A stretch of 64,000 nt of DNA from the NCBI RefSeq assembly GCF_009914755.1, contig NC_060946.1; one strand, given 5' to 3'. Positions within the stretch are counted from its first letter, which is position 1, and the number at the start of each line of letters is the position of its first letter. Below the pieces are notes generated by a model, which saw only the letters and a list, made by a program, of their open reading frames with translations, had not been told where the DNA came from and did not search any database. A program made the position numbers and the translations under genes. Positions 42,765 to 63,599 of this stretch are shown here, piece after piece. This DNA comes from the human T2T-CHM13v2.0 reference genome, Homo sapiens.

Positions 42765-43849
42765 TGTTGAGGGAAGTCAGGAACCCCGAACGGAGGGACC
42801 GGCTGAAGCCGTGGCAGAAGAACATAAATTGTGAAGATTTCACGGACATTTGTTAGTTCCCCAAATTAATACTTTTATAATTTCTTACACCTGTCTTTAC
42901 TGCAGTCTCTGAACATAAATTGTGAAGATTTCATGGACACTTATCACTTCCCCAATCAATAGCCTTGTGATTTCCTATTCCTGTCTTTAATCTCTTAATC
43001 CCGTCATCTTCGTAAACTGAGGAGGATGTATGTCGCCTCAGGACCCTGTGATGATTGCATTAACTGCACAAATTGTTTGTAGAGCATGTGTGTTTGAATA
43101 ATATGAAATCTGGGCACCTTGAAAAAAGAACAGGATAACAGCAACGTTCAGGGAACAAGAGAGATAACCTTAAACTCTTGACTGCCAGTGAGCCGGGCGG
43201 AACAGAGCCATATTTCTCTTCTTTCAAAAGCAAATGGGAGAAATATCGCTGAATTCTTTTTCTCAGCAAGGAACGCCCCTGAGAAAGAGAATGCGTCCCT
43301 GAGGGTAGGCCTCTGAAATGGCCACTTTGGGGGTGGCTGTATTTTACAGTCACAGCTGTAGGGATGAAATAAGCCCCAGTCTCCTGTAGCGCTCCCAGGC
43401 TTATTAGGATGAGGAAATTCCCACCTAATAAATTTTGGTCAGACCGGTTGTCTGCTCTCAAACCCTGTCTCCTGATAAGATGTTATCAGTGACAATGCAT
43501 GCCCAAAACTTCATTAGCAATTTTAATTTCGCCCCGGTCCTGTGGTCCTGTGAACTCGCCCTGCCTTCATTTACCTTGTGATATCTTATTACCTTGTGAA
43601 GCATGTGATCTCTGTGACCCACACCCTATTCGTACACTCTCTTCCCTTTTGAAATCAATAATAAAAACTTGCTGGTTTTATGGCTCAGGGGGCATCATGG
43701 AACCTGCTGACATGTGACGTCTCCCCCGGACACCCAGCTTTAAAATTTATCTCTTTTGTACTCTGTCCCTTTATTTCTCAGACCGGCCGACACTTAGGGA
43801 AAATAGAAAAGAACCTACATGAAATATCAGGGGTGAATTTTGCCCGATA
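42765..43849 (+). mobile_element. MER11 solo LTR (HERV-K11/HML-8) inserted into an AluJ-like element
   Basis: tgttgagggaagtcaggaaccccgaacggagggacc start; ...gggtgaattttgcccgata end; GCATC target duplication; Alu resumes at 43850. Confidence 0.9.
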
Positions 43850-44039
43850 GCATCTCTACAAAAATTTGTTTAAAATAGCCAAGCATGGTGGTACGTGTCT
43901 ATAGTCCCAGCTACTCGAGGGGCTGAGGTAGGAGGATTGCTTGAAGCCAGGAGTTGGAGGCTACCATAAACTATGATCCTACCACTGTACTCCAGCCTGG
44001 GTGACAAAAAAACAAACCTAAACAAAACACAAAATATGG

Positions 44040-52056
<8,017 letters not shown>

Positions 52057-52549
52057 TGTTGGAGATAAATGTTCGGTGCCACAAAGCGAAACCAGCACTC
52101 AGGCAAAAATTTTCTCAGCAAGGCAATTTACTTCTGCAGAAGGGTGCTGCTTGTGTCAATCACGATTGCAAGAGCACACTGAACAAAGGAAAGCAGGGGT
52201 TTTTATTCCTAATGCAGTCCCTGCCTCTTTGTCATTCCTCCATGGGCTGTGGTTGGACCGCACAATCTAAACTGACCCAATTGGCTATTTGTGAATACTT
52301 TCCCAAATAAGGAAGGGAAGGGAAATGTGAGTTACAGTGGTGGGATGTGCGGTTTCAAAGGGAGGAACGGGTGAAGAGTGGGTAACCAAGGGAACAGATG
52401 TGAGTTATTGATTAGGACTGACAGGAAAGTTGTTTACAGTTACAGTAACTAGGGGCAAGGAGGCATAGAGAACAAGAAAGTTGAGTTTGAGAACAAAGAA
52501 CAAGGAAGTTAACAGGCTAAACCTTTGAAGAATTTTATTGTATCCTACA
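52057..52549 (-). repeat. 3' LTR (LTR10B-like)
   Basis: TGTAGGATAC...CTCCAACA on -; preceded by polypurine tract AAAAGGGGGAAAT. Confidence 0.95.
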
Positions 52550-52567
52550 ATTTCCCCCTTTTAATTT

Positions 52568-54558
52568 TTATAGTTCTTCCTCTTCAAACCTTTTTAAGAT
52601 GTCTTGGCTTTGCTGTTTGACTTGATCGTCTGAAAGGAAACGCTTATCTGAATAAGGTGGAGGAGAGCTAAGGGAGATTTTAGTAAGTGCTGTTTCTATA
52701 AGCCTTTGTACTAGCCCATGGTTGCATGGTGTGACACAACACCCAACAAGAATGAGTACACCTATTATGACTGCAAGAGAAGTAAGAATTGAGGCTATGA
52801 TTCCTTTCCATTTACCAAACCACCTGTCTAGCCATCCTGAAGAAGGGTTATTGACTCCAGAATTTTTAGCTAATTCATTAGATAAAATGGTAAGTCCTTG
52901 TAAGGCTTTTGTTATGCTCCCATCTGGGGCAGTATGGTTTGGGATGAAGGTACGACACTGAGTTTTAATCATAACACAAACTCTACCTTTTTCAGCTAGT
53001 ATCATGCCTAGGGCCATTCTGTTTTCCTAAGCCATCTGGCTAGTCAGCCCTAACTCCTCAGCTATTCCTTTGACAGCATCCCTGGTATAATTAATAAACT
53101 GCTGTTGGTTATAATAGATGTAATTTATACAGTCTACATTTTTATTAATAGTTACCCATGGAAATATTGATTCAAATCCTGCAGACTATTTGGTCCCGGG
53201 CTTTTAATTTATCAGGTACTCCCCATGGGACTCCAGTTGCATCTAAATAAACTTGAGAGTCAAAAAACCTATAAGGGGCTTCTCTTATTTTATGGTGTTG
53301 TGGCTTTTCTTTTTCTGGCTGATGAAACGCCAGGGTGAAAGGGATAGCCAAATGGACAAGAGTGCAGGTACCACTCCAGTTACTTGGCAGAGTATCCAGT
53401 AAGGGTCCGCCACAATACCACCATACATCTTCTTGAGGATGACTAAGGGCAGACTGATGGGTAAGCTCTTGGAAAGGCTTAAGCTCACTGCATCCTGTTA
53501 AGCTTCCAAGGAACACCAAGTTTTCCCCTTGTCGTGAGAGACAGGACGTGAAATTGACATTGGGAGCCAGAAGCTGGATGGCCCTCTGGGGCTGACCCGC
53601 AGGATATTGAACTTTGGGATAGAGCAAAGAGAGAGCTTGGCATGATTGATTGCCCCAAGCTATGGAATCCTGGAAGAGAGCTACCATGCTGCCCATGCCT
53701 GGTTGACTGGGGGACCAGCCGAGTGTAAAGGGGTCTATCTGGGTCTCTGGCTGGCCGTGAGCACAAGCATAACAATTGCTTTTGTTTCATGTGCGGACAG
53801 AATATTTGGTCCATTCCAACCAGGCATTTGCATCTTGATATTTTGTTTCAATTGCTAAAGTTTGCTTTAGATCATTTACTTCTACAATATCTACTTTAGT
53901 CTTATCATTGGGTATAGAAGGTATGGCAGTCTGATTAGAAGAAGGCTTAGAAGGAGAAGAGAGGGAAGAGGGTGAAGAGGATGAGGGATTAATAAAACGC
54001 ATTTCAAAAGACCCTATGAGGTCTGTGCCGCGTTGGTCCCTATGCCATAGAAGCGACTCAAAGTAGGTCTAGAGGGTCGGTAGAGGCCGGAGTGAGAGTA
54101 GAAATCTGCACTGGATTACACTGGTTATACTGAAAATCGAGGGGAGGGGTGCTTCCTTTAGTAAAGTGAATGTATGATTTTAAGTATATACAGCCACATG
54201 TTGATGAGGTCCAGCCTTGATACTCAGTTGTCCACAGAACATCATTCCAGCTATGGCAGACCTGTTTCCCTATATTTTATGAGGAGCAAGAGTCTTGGTA
54301 GCGGGAGCCTTTTATTTTAAAGTGGCAGAGATACTTTTCTAAGGCTGAGAGTTGCCTTTGACTTTGGAGATCTCTACAGGGTATGACTAAACAGGCATCA
54401 AACATAATAACTTGGGGTGAGTTTGATTTAGTCACATTGATAACAAGGTGGTCAGCAACAGAATGAGGAAAGAAGAAAGAGTAATAGAGTAGACGAAAGA
54501 GAGTTAAACTTTTCTTAGCTTTAGTTTGAGGGGGTTTTCCCCTGGGATAATGGCCCAT
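52568..54558 (-). pseudogene. ERV env remnant (SU and TM, several stops and frameshifts)
   Basis: Signal-peptide fragment from 54558; WWYCG...NWSGTC SU motif; TM fragment ENRMALGMILAEKGRVC, degenerate CX6CC, hydrophobic anchor. Confidence 0.9.
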
Positions 54559-54934
54559 GACTCTGGAGGTGACAGTGCTTTCTTGACTCAGGTGTGATGG
54601 GTCTATCCTTTTTCTGCTGTCCGGACTGCAGTTTCAGTGGTTAGAAGCACCAGGTAAGGTCCTTCCCAGGCTGGCTCAAGTTTCTCCTCTTTTCAGCTCT
54701 TGATAAGGACGTGATCCCCAGGCTGATGTTGATGTACTGGGAACTCCAGAGGCAGAGCCTGTGCTAGGAGACCTTTGGTTTTAAGAAAAGAGAAAGTAGG
54801 GGAGAGACTAAGAATATAATTCCTGAGGAACTGGTGTTTTTGGAACATCAGCAGTGGAGTGTAAATAAGGCAATCCATAGAGCATCTTGTAAGGGGAAAG
54901 GCCAGTATCTTTTCGAGGAGCAGTTTGGATTCTT

Positions 54935-56705
54935 TTTTTTTTATTTGGTTTTGTCAAATGTTTTATTGAGTGTAGACATCTGGAGTACTATAAAACATGC
55001 ATTATCTGTAGATTCAAAAAGGAGCAAGCCACATTGTTCTCACTGTCAAATGTGTTAGGCTTGGCATACATGATGGAGATTAATGAAGTATCATGAGAGT
55101 AACATGGTTCTTGAAAAGCTTCTATAATTTGGAGTAGGGTCTTAATCACATGAAAAGCAAAGGTGTTCACATTTAGTGAACTTGCATTTCATTGGGGGGG
55201 GGAGGGTACACAGTATTTTAATTTTAAAACAAAAATAATTTGTTTGTCAAAGATTCCCATCTCCCCAACTTTATTTGTCCCATTGGTTTTCAGAAATTTT
55301 AATTTTTAAAAAATCAGATGCCTTTTGGAAGTTGTATGTTTATCTGAGCAGTAACTAAATTTTATTTCTTCTTCAGTTGTTAAGGTGTGTTAAATTTGAA
55401 GAAGATAATATCTCCATCTTCAACAATATAATTTCTGCCTTGTTGTCTGTACTTTCCAGCAGCCTTGACTGCATTTTCAGAACCTTCCTCTTTAAAATCT
55501 TCATATTTCATTACTTCAGCCATAATGAATCCCTTTTCAAAATCTGTGTGAATCTTTCCTGCAGCCTGAGGAGCCTTAGTCCCTTTCCTGATGGTCCGTG
55601 CACGCACTTCATCTGGGCCTGCAGTGAAAAAGTATTTTAGTTGGAGTGCTGCAAACCCAGCCTTAATGATCTTTGGCAAAGCACTTTGTGTCATGTTCGC
55701 TTCCAGATACTGCTGTCTCTCCTCAGCACTCAATTCTTGCAACTTGAGTTCCAAGGCCCCACTAAAAGGAATGACCAAGGCACCTGGGTCATACTTGTCC
55801 ACCCACTCTTTAATTTTTATCAGCCATTTGTTTTTCTTTCTAATGTAGTCTTTTTCAGAAAGATTAACCAAGTAGACCATTGGTTTTGAAGTCAAAAATA
55901 AGTGTTTATTCAACACTTCAATCTCTTTGTCATTCCAATCATGATAGAAGCGAACAGGTTCTTTTGATCTATAACCCAGGATTTTACTTTGCACATTATA
56001 TCATATTTGGGTTTTAGTTTTTTATCTCCTCCTCTCACAGCCACCTTTTCTAGTTTATCTATAATGGGCCCAGTCATTCCTCATCTTTAAGCTGAAGCTC
56101 TTCATGTATTATTTCTATATCTCGAATAGGATCTACACTTTCTTCAACATGTGTGATATCATCATCTTCAAAAGCACGTGTTAGATGAAAGATGCCATCA
56201 CAAGCACTAAAATGAGATAAAAAAGCATTCCCCAGGCCCTGCCCATTGTGAGCTCCTTTCACAAGGCCAGCGATATCCACTACATTTAGAAAGGCAGGAA
56301 TTTTGCTTGCTGGTTTGTGATATTGGCAAAGAAAGTCAAACCTTTCATCTGGCACAGGTACTCTGCTCTCATTAGGATCAATAGTGCAGAATGGGAAGTT
56401 TTCTGCTGAAGCCTGACTATTGGTTAATACATTGAAGAAAGTAGATTTCCCAACATTTGGCAATCCAACAATACCAATTTTCAGTGAGGTTCCAAATCTT
56501 CCAATGATTGAGGGTGGTTTAATTCCATCACCTCCCTTTTGAGGGGGCATCGTGCTCAGCCTGGGCTATGACACGGGGTCCCAGTAGCAGCGAGAGAAAG
56601 GTCCTGCCGGCAGCCAGAGGCGGGGAGGAAGGAGGAGAGAACGCAGGCCCGGCCCCTCCGCCGAGCGGCATGCCGCACTACGGCGGCGACAGCGGTGGAA
56701 CCGCC
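54935..56705 (-). pseudogene. OLA1P1: OLA1 (Obg-like ATPase 1) processed pseudogene, full length with both UTRs
   Basis: Intronless MPPQKGG...GLPNVGKST...DIAG...FFKFNTP; two 1-nt deletions (near 56077 and 55960) and CAA>TAA at 55380-55382; AATAAA at 54962-54967, poly-A, 12-bp TSD gtttggattctt (54923-54934, 56706-56717). Confidence 0.97.
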
Positions 56706-57615
56706 GTTTGGATTCTTAACAGGGCAATAGGAAGATATTTGATCCCTGGCAACCGAATCTATAGAACTAACTTGGTTAAATGGTTCTTTAAGGTCTGATT
56801 CATCCTTTCTACTCTCCCTGATGAAGGTGGGTGCCAAGGAGTATGATATTTCCATCTAATGTCTAGCGCTTAGGATAGCTTTTTAATGATATGTGCTATG
56901 AAATAGGTTTCACTGTCTGAGTCAATATTTTCTATTAGCCCAAACCTGGGCACTATATTTTCAATTAATGCTTTAACTACATGATTGGCCATTGCATTTG
57001 AAAAGGGAATAGCTTCGACCCAGTGAGTGAGGTGATCTGCTATTACTAAGTACTTTAGGCAACCGATTGGGGGCATTTCAATGTAATCAGTTTGAACACT
57101 TTGGAATGGTCTTAGCCCTGAATCCCTCCCCGCCCAGGGATGATTTCTTTATAACTTGTTTGTTGGTTTCCTTACATGTTAAGCAACTATCCATAACCTG
57201 TTTGGCTAGGGTATATACCCATAAACCCTGAGAACTGTGTCACACATGGCTTGGGGTCCCCAGTGTGTCCCTTGATGCAGGTGGGTAGGATTTCTCTCAT
57301 GAGCGGTTTGAATAGCATTTCTCTTTGATCTGGTAACACCCATTTTCCTTCTGAGTTTTCTTTGGCTCCATTTTTATTAATTTTTCCTTTTCTGCAGCAG
57401 ACAAGGTAGGGGTTGCAGCAGGGGGAGGAAGACAAGGGGTTAAGTGAAAGGTGTTTCAGATGAAATGGCAGCCTGTTTAGCCACTTGATCTGCAAGGTTA
57501 TTTCCCTGACTTGTAAAGGAAAAGTCGTTTTGGTGTCCGGGGACATGTACAATGGCTATTTCTTCTGGCAACTGGAGATTGTTTAAAACATGGACGATTA
57601 GCTCCTCGTGGGTAA

Positions 57616-57941
<326 letters not shown>

Positions 57942-60176
57942 TGGCCTTTAGTATTAATAAGATCTTGCTCAGCCCAAATTTTTCCAAATATATGAGCTAC
58001 TCCAAAAATGTATTTAGAATCAGTATGAATAGTTCCTTCCTTGCTCTGTAAGTGTTTTAAAACCTGGCTGAGTGCAAATAGTTCACATGCTTTGGCAGAC
58101 CAACTATTGGGCAACCTTCCTGACTCTGTTTCTTCAAGAGTTTCTCCATCAATTACTGAATACCCATTGTATTTTTCTCCTTTAATTGCTTGGGATCAAC
58201 CATCTATAAATAAGTGTCACCCCATTTTGAAAGGGGTCTCTCTTAGATCCGGCCTGACCTTTGTTTGGTAGTCAGTTAGATCTAGACATAAGTGTTCTCT
58301 TTTTAGATTTGGGTCCCCTGTTAAGAAACCTCTCGGATTGAGTGAGTTATCAGTAGTCAAGGTTAAATCATCTTTTTAGTAAAATAGCCTCCTATTTTAA
58401 GATTCTGGAGTCAGTGAGCCACCTTCCTGCTTTTTTATTTAAAATAGCTCTAACTTGGTGGGGTGTGCTTACAGTCAATTTCCCCCCAAAGATTAATTTT
58501 CTACTTTCTTCAACTAATACTGCTGTAGCTGCAACGAATTGGATGCACTGAGGCTACCCACAGGTGACTGGGTCTAAAATTTTTGATAGGAAGGCTACGG
58601 GCTGCCGGTGACCACCATGTTCTTGAGTAAGAACCCCTAAAGCTACCCCGTTATTTACATTAACAAAAAGATGAAATGGCTTTTCTAGGGAAGCTAAGGC
58701 TAAGACAGGGGCAGTTATGAGTTTGTATTTCAGCTCTTCAACCTGATTGACTTCCTCAGAAGTCCACAGGAGACGGTCCAGTTTCCACTGGGTAAGCTTT
58801 TCATATAAAAGTTTACTTTTTAGGGCATATGAGTCAATCCATAAGCATCAATATCCAACTAATCCTAGAAATTTTCTGAGTTATTGCTTAGTTTGAGGCA
58901 AGGGTAAGGACACGATGCCTTCAACTCGTTCAGGTCCTATCCTTTGCTTACCTGCACTTATTAAGTGGCCTAAATATTTAACTTCAGGCTCCACATACTG
59001 AAGCTTTCCCTTTAAGAACCATAACCCCTCGAACTCCAGATGGTTAAGGATATGTGTAGAGAAGCCAGCTACTTTCTCTACATCTTCAACAGATACGAGA
59101 ATATCATCCATGTACTGGAGCAGGCATATTTGCTTTGGGATGACAACTTTTTCTAACACTTGTTCTAAAATTTGACCAAAAAGGTTTGGAGAGTCTGTAA
59201 ACCCTTGAGGTAAAACTGTCCATCAATAATGTTGTTTTCGCCCTGAATGGGGATCCTACCACTCAAAAGCAAATATGTCTCAGCTGTCTTCAGCCAAGGG
59301 GCATGCCCAGAAGGCATCTTTTAAATCTATTACTGTAAACCACTGATGGTTTTTTGGAATTTTGCTGAGAATGGTGTATGGGTTGGGGACAACAGGATGG
59401 TTAGTTTGGACTATTTGATGGCTCTAAGATCTTGTACCAAGTCGGTATGACCCATCTAATTTCTTGACTGGCAATATTGGAGTGTTATACGGGGACATAC
59501 AGGGTTCAAGGAGCCCATCTTTAATAAGACTTTCAATTATAGGCTTTAATCCTATCCTGCCCTCTAGGGGTTTGGGGTATTGTTTCCTCCTTACTACTTC
59601 CCTGGGGATTCTTAACTTGATGTGGATTGGAGGGATTCAGAGTTTCTCCCGGTTTCCTTCCCTTGACCAGACACTAGGATTAATGCATTTTTCATCTGTG
59701 GTGGTGAGTAGGTTTAATGAGGTAAAGAATCCTTTAGGACCAACTTGTAAGCCTGTGCCTAATTCTAGCATTAAGTCTCTTCCTAATAGATTAGTTTCTG
59801 CCTCAGGGATCAACAAAAATTGGATATGAGTCAGCCGATCTTGGTATTTAACTTCTGTACTTTCTAAGATTTTTGCTTTAAATCCTTCTCCTTTTACCCC
59901 AGAGACTAAAAGTTCTTCTGAAGAGCAGGCAATGTTGGATGGGGGGAAGCAAATGGAGGAGCGAGCCACTCCTGAATTGACTAAAAGGTGATAAGCTCAT
60001 GTTTGGTTCCCACCTGTAAATTTATCAAGGGCTCCTGGTGGGACTCGAGATAAACAGAGCCCCTGACCCCCCTGTTCTTCCTCAAAAGTCATGAGTTGAA
60101 GGGCTTCTTTCTCCTTTTCCAGTTTGGGACATTCTCTTTTGAAGTGGCCTGCCCTTCAAACGGTCTGGACGGACCG

Positions 60177-60512
60177 TTTATAGTTTCTGGCCCCCTGGAA
60201 GCTTTGTTTAGAAGCATAAACGAGGGTCTGGACCTTTTATAGTTTCTGGCCCCCTGGAAGCTTTGTTTAGAAGCATAAACGAGGGTCTGGACCTTTTATA
60301 GTTTCTGGCCCCCTGGAAGCTTTGTTTAGAAGCATAAATGAGGGTCTGGACCTTTTATAGTTTCTGGCCCCCTGGAAGCTTTGTTTAGAAGCATAAACGA
60401 GGGTCTGGACCTTTTATAGTTTCTGGCCCCCTGGAAGCTTTGTTTAGAAGCATAAATGAGGGTCTGGACCTTCTATCGTTTCTGGCCCCCTGGAAGCTTT
60501 GTTTAGAAGCAT
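60177..60512. repeat. 59-bp tandem repeat, about 5.7 copies
   Basis: gtttctggccccctggaagctttgtttagaagcataaa(c/t)gagggtctggaccttttata starting at 60183, 60242, 60301, 60360, 60419, 60478. Confidence 0.97.
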
Positions 60513-61053
60513 GTGGGTGTGGGGCCACCTGCTGGAAAGTGGATAACGTGAGTTTTTGCCTTTTGTTTTTGCTTCTTTCCTCACATATATTTTTTGAGCT
60601 TCTCCCAGAAGTTCACTTAGAGGTTGGTTTTCCCAGTCTTCTAATTTTTGTAACTTTTTTGAAATATCTGGCCAACTTGTAGTGACAAAATGGAGCTTTA
60701 ACACTCCCTGTCCAAGGAGATCTTCCAAATTTAGGCCTGCATATTGTCTTGTTTGGTCCTTTATTCTTGTCTAGAAATTTCATAGGCCCCCTCATCTTTT
60801 TCCTATTGTATATCAAATGCTTTAGAGAGGTTTTGGGTTCAGGGTACTGATTCCCTAATTCCCTTTATTATCATTTCCCTTAGGTCTTGCATATTTTCCC
60901 AGTGAGCTGCATTAATATCGTCCCACCGGGGGTCTTGGGTGGGAAACTTTTGATCTGCGGTAGGAATGTTTGACCAGGAGGGTGTTCGTGTTCCCAAATT
61001 GCCATAGCAGCCCTACAGATCATGCTTCTTTCCTCCCCTGAAAAGAGGACGCA

Positions 61054-61364
<311 letters not shown>

Positions 61365-62282
61365 GAAAAGAGGACGCCTAGGATGGACATTAACTCCACC
61401 CAAGTGTATAACTGAGGTCCTAAGAATTGATCAACCTGATCTGTTACCCAATAAGGTCATCCAATAACGGCTTAAGTTCCTTCTTCAAACTTCAGACCTC
61501 TGAACTGGTTAAGGGAGCATTCACAAAATTAATAGCCCCCCTGTCCTTGTGGCACCTCTTTTAAGGGGAAGAGAGTTGGGGCTGACTCCATAGATGTGGA
61601 GGGAAATGGGAAATTTTGGATATCTTTTTTACATTGTTCTACCTCACGTTGGAGTCCTTTTAGGGAGGGGTACTTAGGCTGAGAAGGAACAGGCTAATGG
61701 GATGGTGATTCCCAAGAATCAGGATTGTAAGGAGGAGGAATAACATGAGCAGGAGAAGGATCTGGAGCAGGAACGGGGACAGCAGCTGCTACCTGAGGGG
61801 AAGGGTTAGGGGCACTGAGCGTGGGGGAAGATGGTTTAGAGGATCCCATGTGCTGGAGTCTTTAGGCATGGGGACTGGCTTTTCTCACTCTTCAGTTTGA
61901 GGTGCTAGATTGGGTTTTTCCCTAGTTGTCTTTAAGGGAAAGAGGAGGACAGGTCCCTGCCTCCAACAAAGAGCATAGGCCAATTCTTCTTGAGAAACTG
62001 GACTTTTATCATTTACATATTGAATTAGAAGTTGACACATCACATCCTTGTTCAACCCAAACTTTGACCAAAAGATTGAGGGTTTGAGGATGGGTCCCTG
62101 AGTCCAAATAAAACAGCAATTGTTTGTCATTTGTTGCTTTTTCTTATGTTTAGTTCTCTCATTATCTTTCCAATATTTTAACATGAGACCTAGGGGACTA
62201 ACAGCAGGAATATCTTTATTGCTGTCTTTATCCTTTTTACTCCGTGTCCTGCTTGGGGTGTTTCCCATGTTGGGTCCTAGTT

Positions 62283-62430
62283 AGGCTCAGTCCCTCATAT
62301 TAGAGATTTCTTGCCTATCCTTTTCTGGAGGCTTGCTGAGGCTCAATCCCTCGTATTAGAGATTTCTTGCCTCTCCTTTTCTGGAGGCTTATTGAGGCTC
62401 AATTCCTCATACTAGAGATTTCTATCCTTT
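62283..62430. repeat. 56-bp degenerate tandem repeat (about 2.6 copies) in the ERV leader
   Basis: aggctca..ccctc.tattagagatttc at 62283, 62339, 62395. Confidence 0.85.
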
Positions 62431-62938
62431 AGCCCCACCTGCTGGAGGCTCCTTGCACCCTTCTTTTGCTTCGTCCACTCTGGTCGCTTCCCGGAGGGGA
62501 ATTTAGGTCCCTCTTAGCTTTGGCACGCCCATATACACCCCATGGCAGGATCTGTCCTAAGCCATATGAGGTGACCATGGAACCTCAGATAGGACACACT
62601 CATTCCGCACAGCAGTAGTGCTTAGTACCATTCACACAAGCAGCACCGCAAGCAGTAATGCTTGTGATCATTCATACACACTTTCAATCTCCAGAATATC
62701 TTGACCACCAAGGAAATGCTTTGTCACCCCTGTGACGTTTCTTACCTTGGTCTGTGCACAAAGTTACCTGGTCACCATGGTGTTGCAAGCCTTTTTTTCC
62801 CCACATTGCTGAGAGTCCGGATTTATTCGTCACACCGGGTGGGTTCCGATCCCTCACCCTGAGGCCACCGCAACGAGGCAGTGGGATGCGTCTCCTTATG
62901 AGAGGTGACCAGAGACCCCTTCCCTGGAGGAGAATGGG

Positions 62939-62957
62939 AATCCTGGATGAGCCCCAG
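62939..62957 (-). other. Primer-binding site complementary to tRNA-Pro
   Basis: TGGGGCTCATCCAGGATT on - just after the 5' LTR; tRNA-Pro PBS consensus is TGGGGGCTCGTCCGGGATT. Confidence 0.85.
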
Positions 62958-62960
62958 ATT

Positions 62961-63456
62961 TGTTGGAGATAAATGCTCAGTGCTGCAAAGTGAAACCAGC
63001 ACTGAGGCGAAAGTTTTCTCAGCAAGGCAGTTTACTTCTGCAGAAGGGTGCTGCTTGTGTCAGTCACGATTGCAAGAGCACACCGAACAAAGGAAAGCAG
63101 GGGTTTTTATTCCTAATGCAATCCCTCCCTCTGTGTCACTCCTTCATGGGCTGTGGTTGGACTGCACAATCTAAACTGACCCGACTGGCTATTTGTGAAT
63201 ACTTTCCCAAATAAGGAAGGGAAGGGAAATGTGAGTTACAGTGGTGGGACGTGCGGTTTCGAAGGGAGGAAGGGGTGAAGAGTGGGTAACCAAGGGAACA
63301 GATGTGAGTTATTGATTAGAACTGACAGGAAGGTTGTTTACAGTTACAGTAACTACGGACAAGGAGGCATAGAGAACAAGAAAGTTGAGTTTGAGAACAA
63401 AGAACAAGGAAGTTAACAGGCTAAACCTTTGAAGAGGAATTTTATTGTATCCTACA
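62961..63456 (-). repeat. 5' LTR (LTR10B-like)
   Basis: Direct repeat of 52057-52549; about 26 substitutions and one 3-bp indel by manual count. Confidence 0.95.
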
Positions 63457-63599
63457 TACTTGTTCTAGTCTGTTGTTGACACTTTCCAGTGCATTTTTTA
63501 TTTCTTTAAGTGTGTCTTCCATTTGCAGAAATTGTGATTTTTTTTTCTTTATAATATCTGTTTCTCTGGAGAATTTTTCATCCATAGCCTGTATTTTTT

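Noticed and set aside
55380-55994. 204 aa OLA1 C-terminal ORF as a functional retrogene
   Set aside because: Starts at a non-ATG codon in a shifted frame, lies downstream of a frameshift stop and ends in a premature TAA
56556-56855. Integrase/OLA1-leader chimeric 99 aa ORF
   Set aside because: Chance readthrough across the insertion junction; it stops before the OLA1 ATG
60177-60512. CRISPR-like array
   Set aside because: Head-to-tail identical units with no unique spacers, in human DNA; it is a minisatellite
62961-63456. AP-1 or p53 enhancer arrays described for some LTR10 subfamilies
   Set aside because: Only TGAGTTA near-matches seen; no canonical TGAGTCA array or clear paired RRRCWWGYYY site by eye
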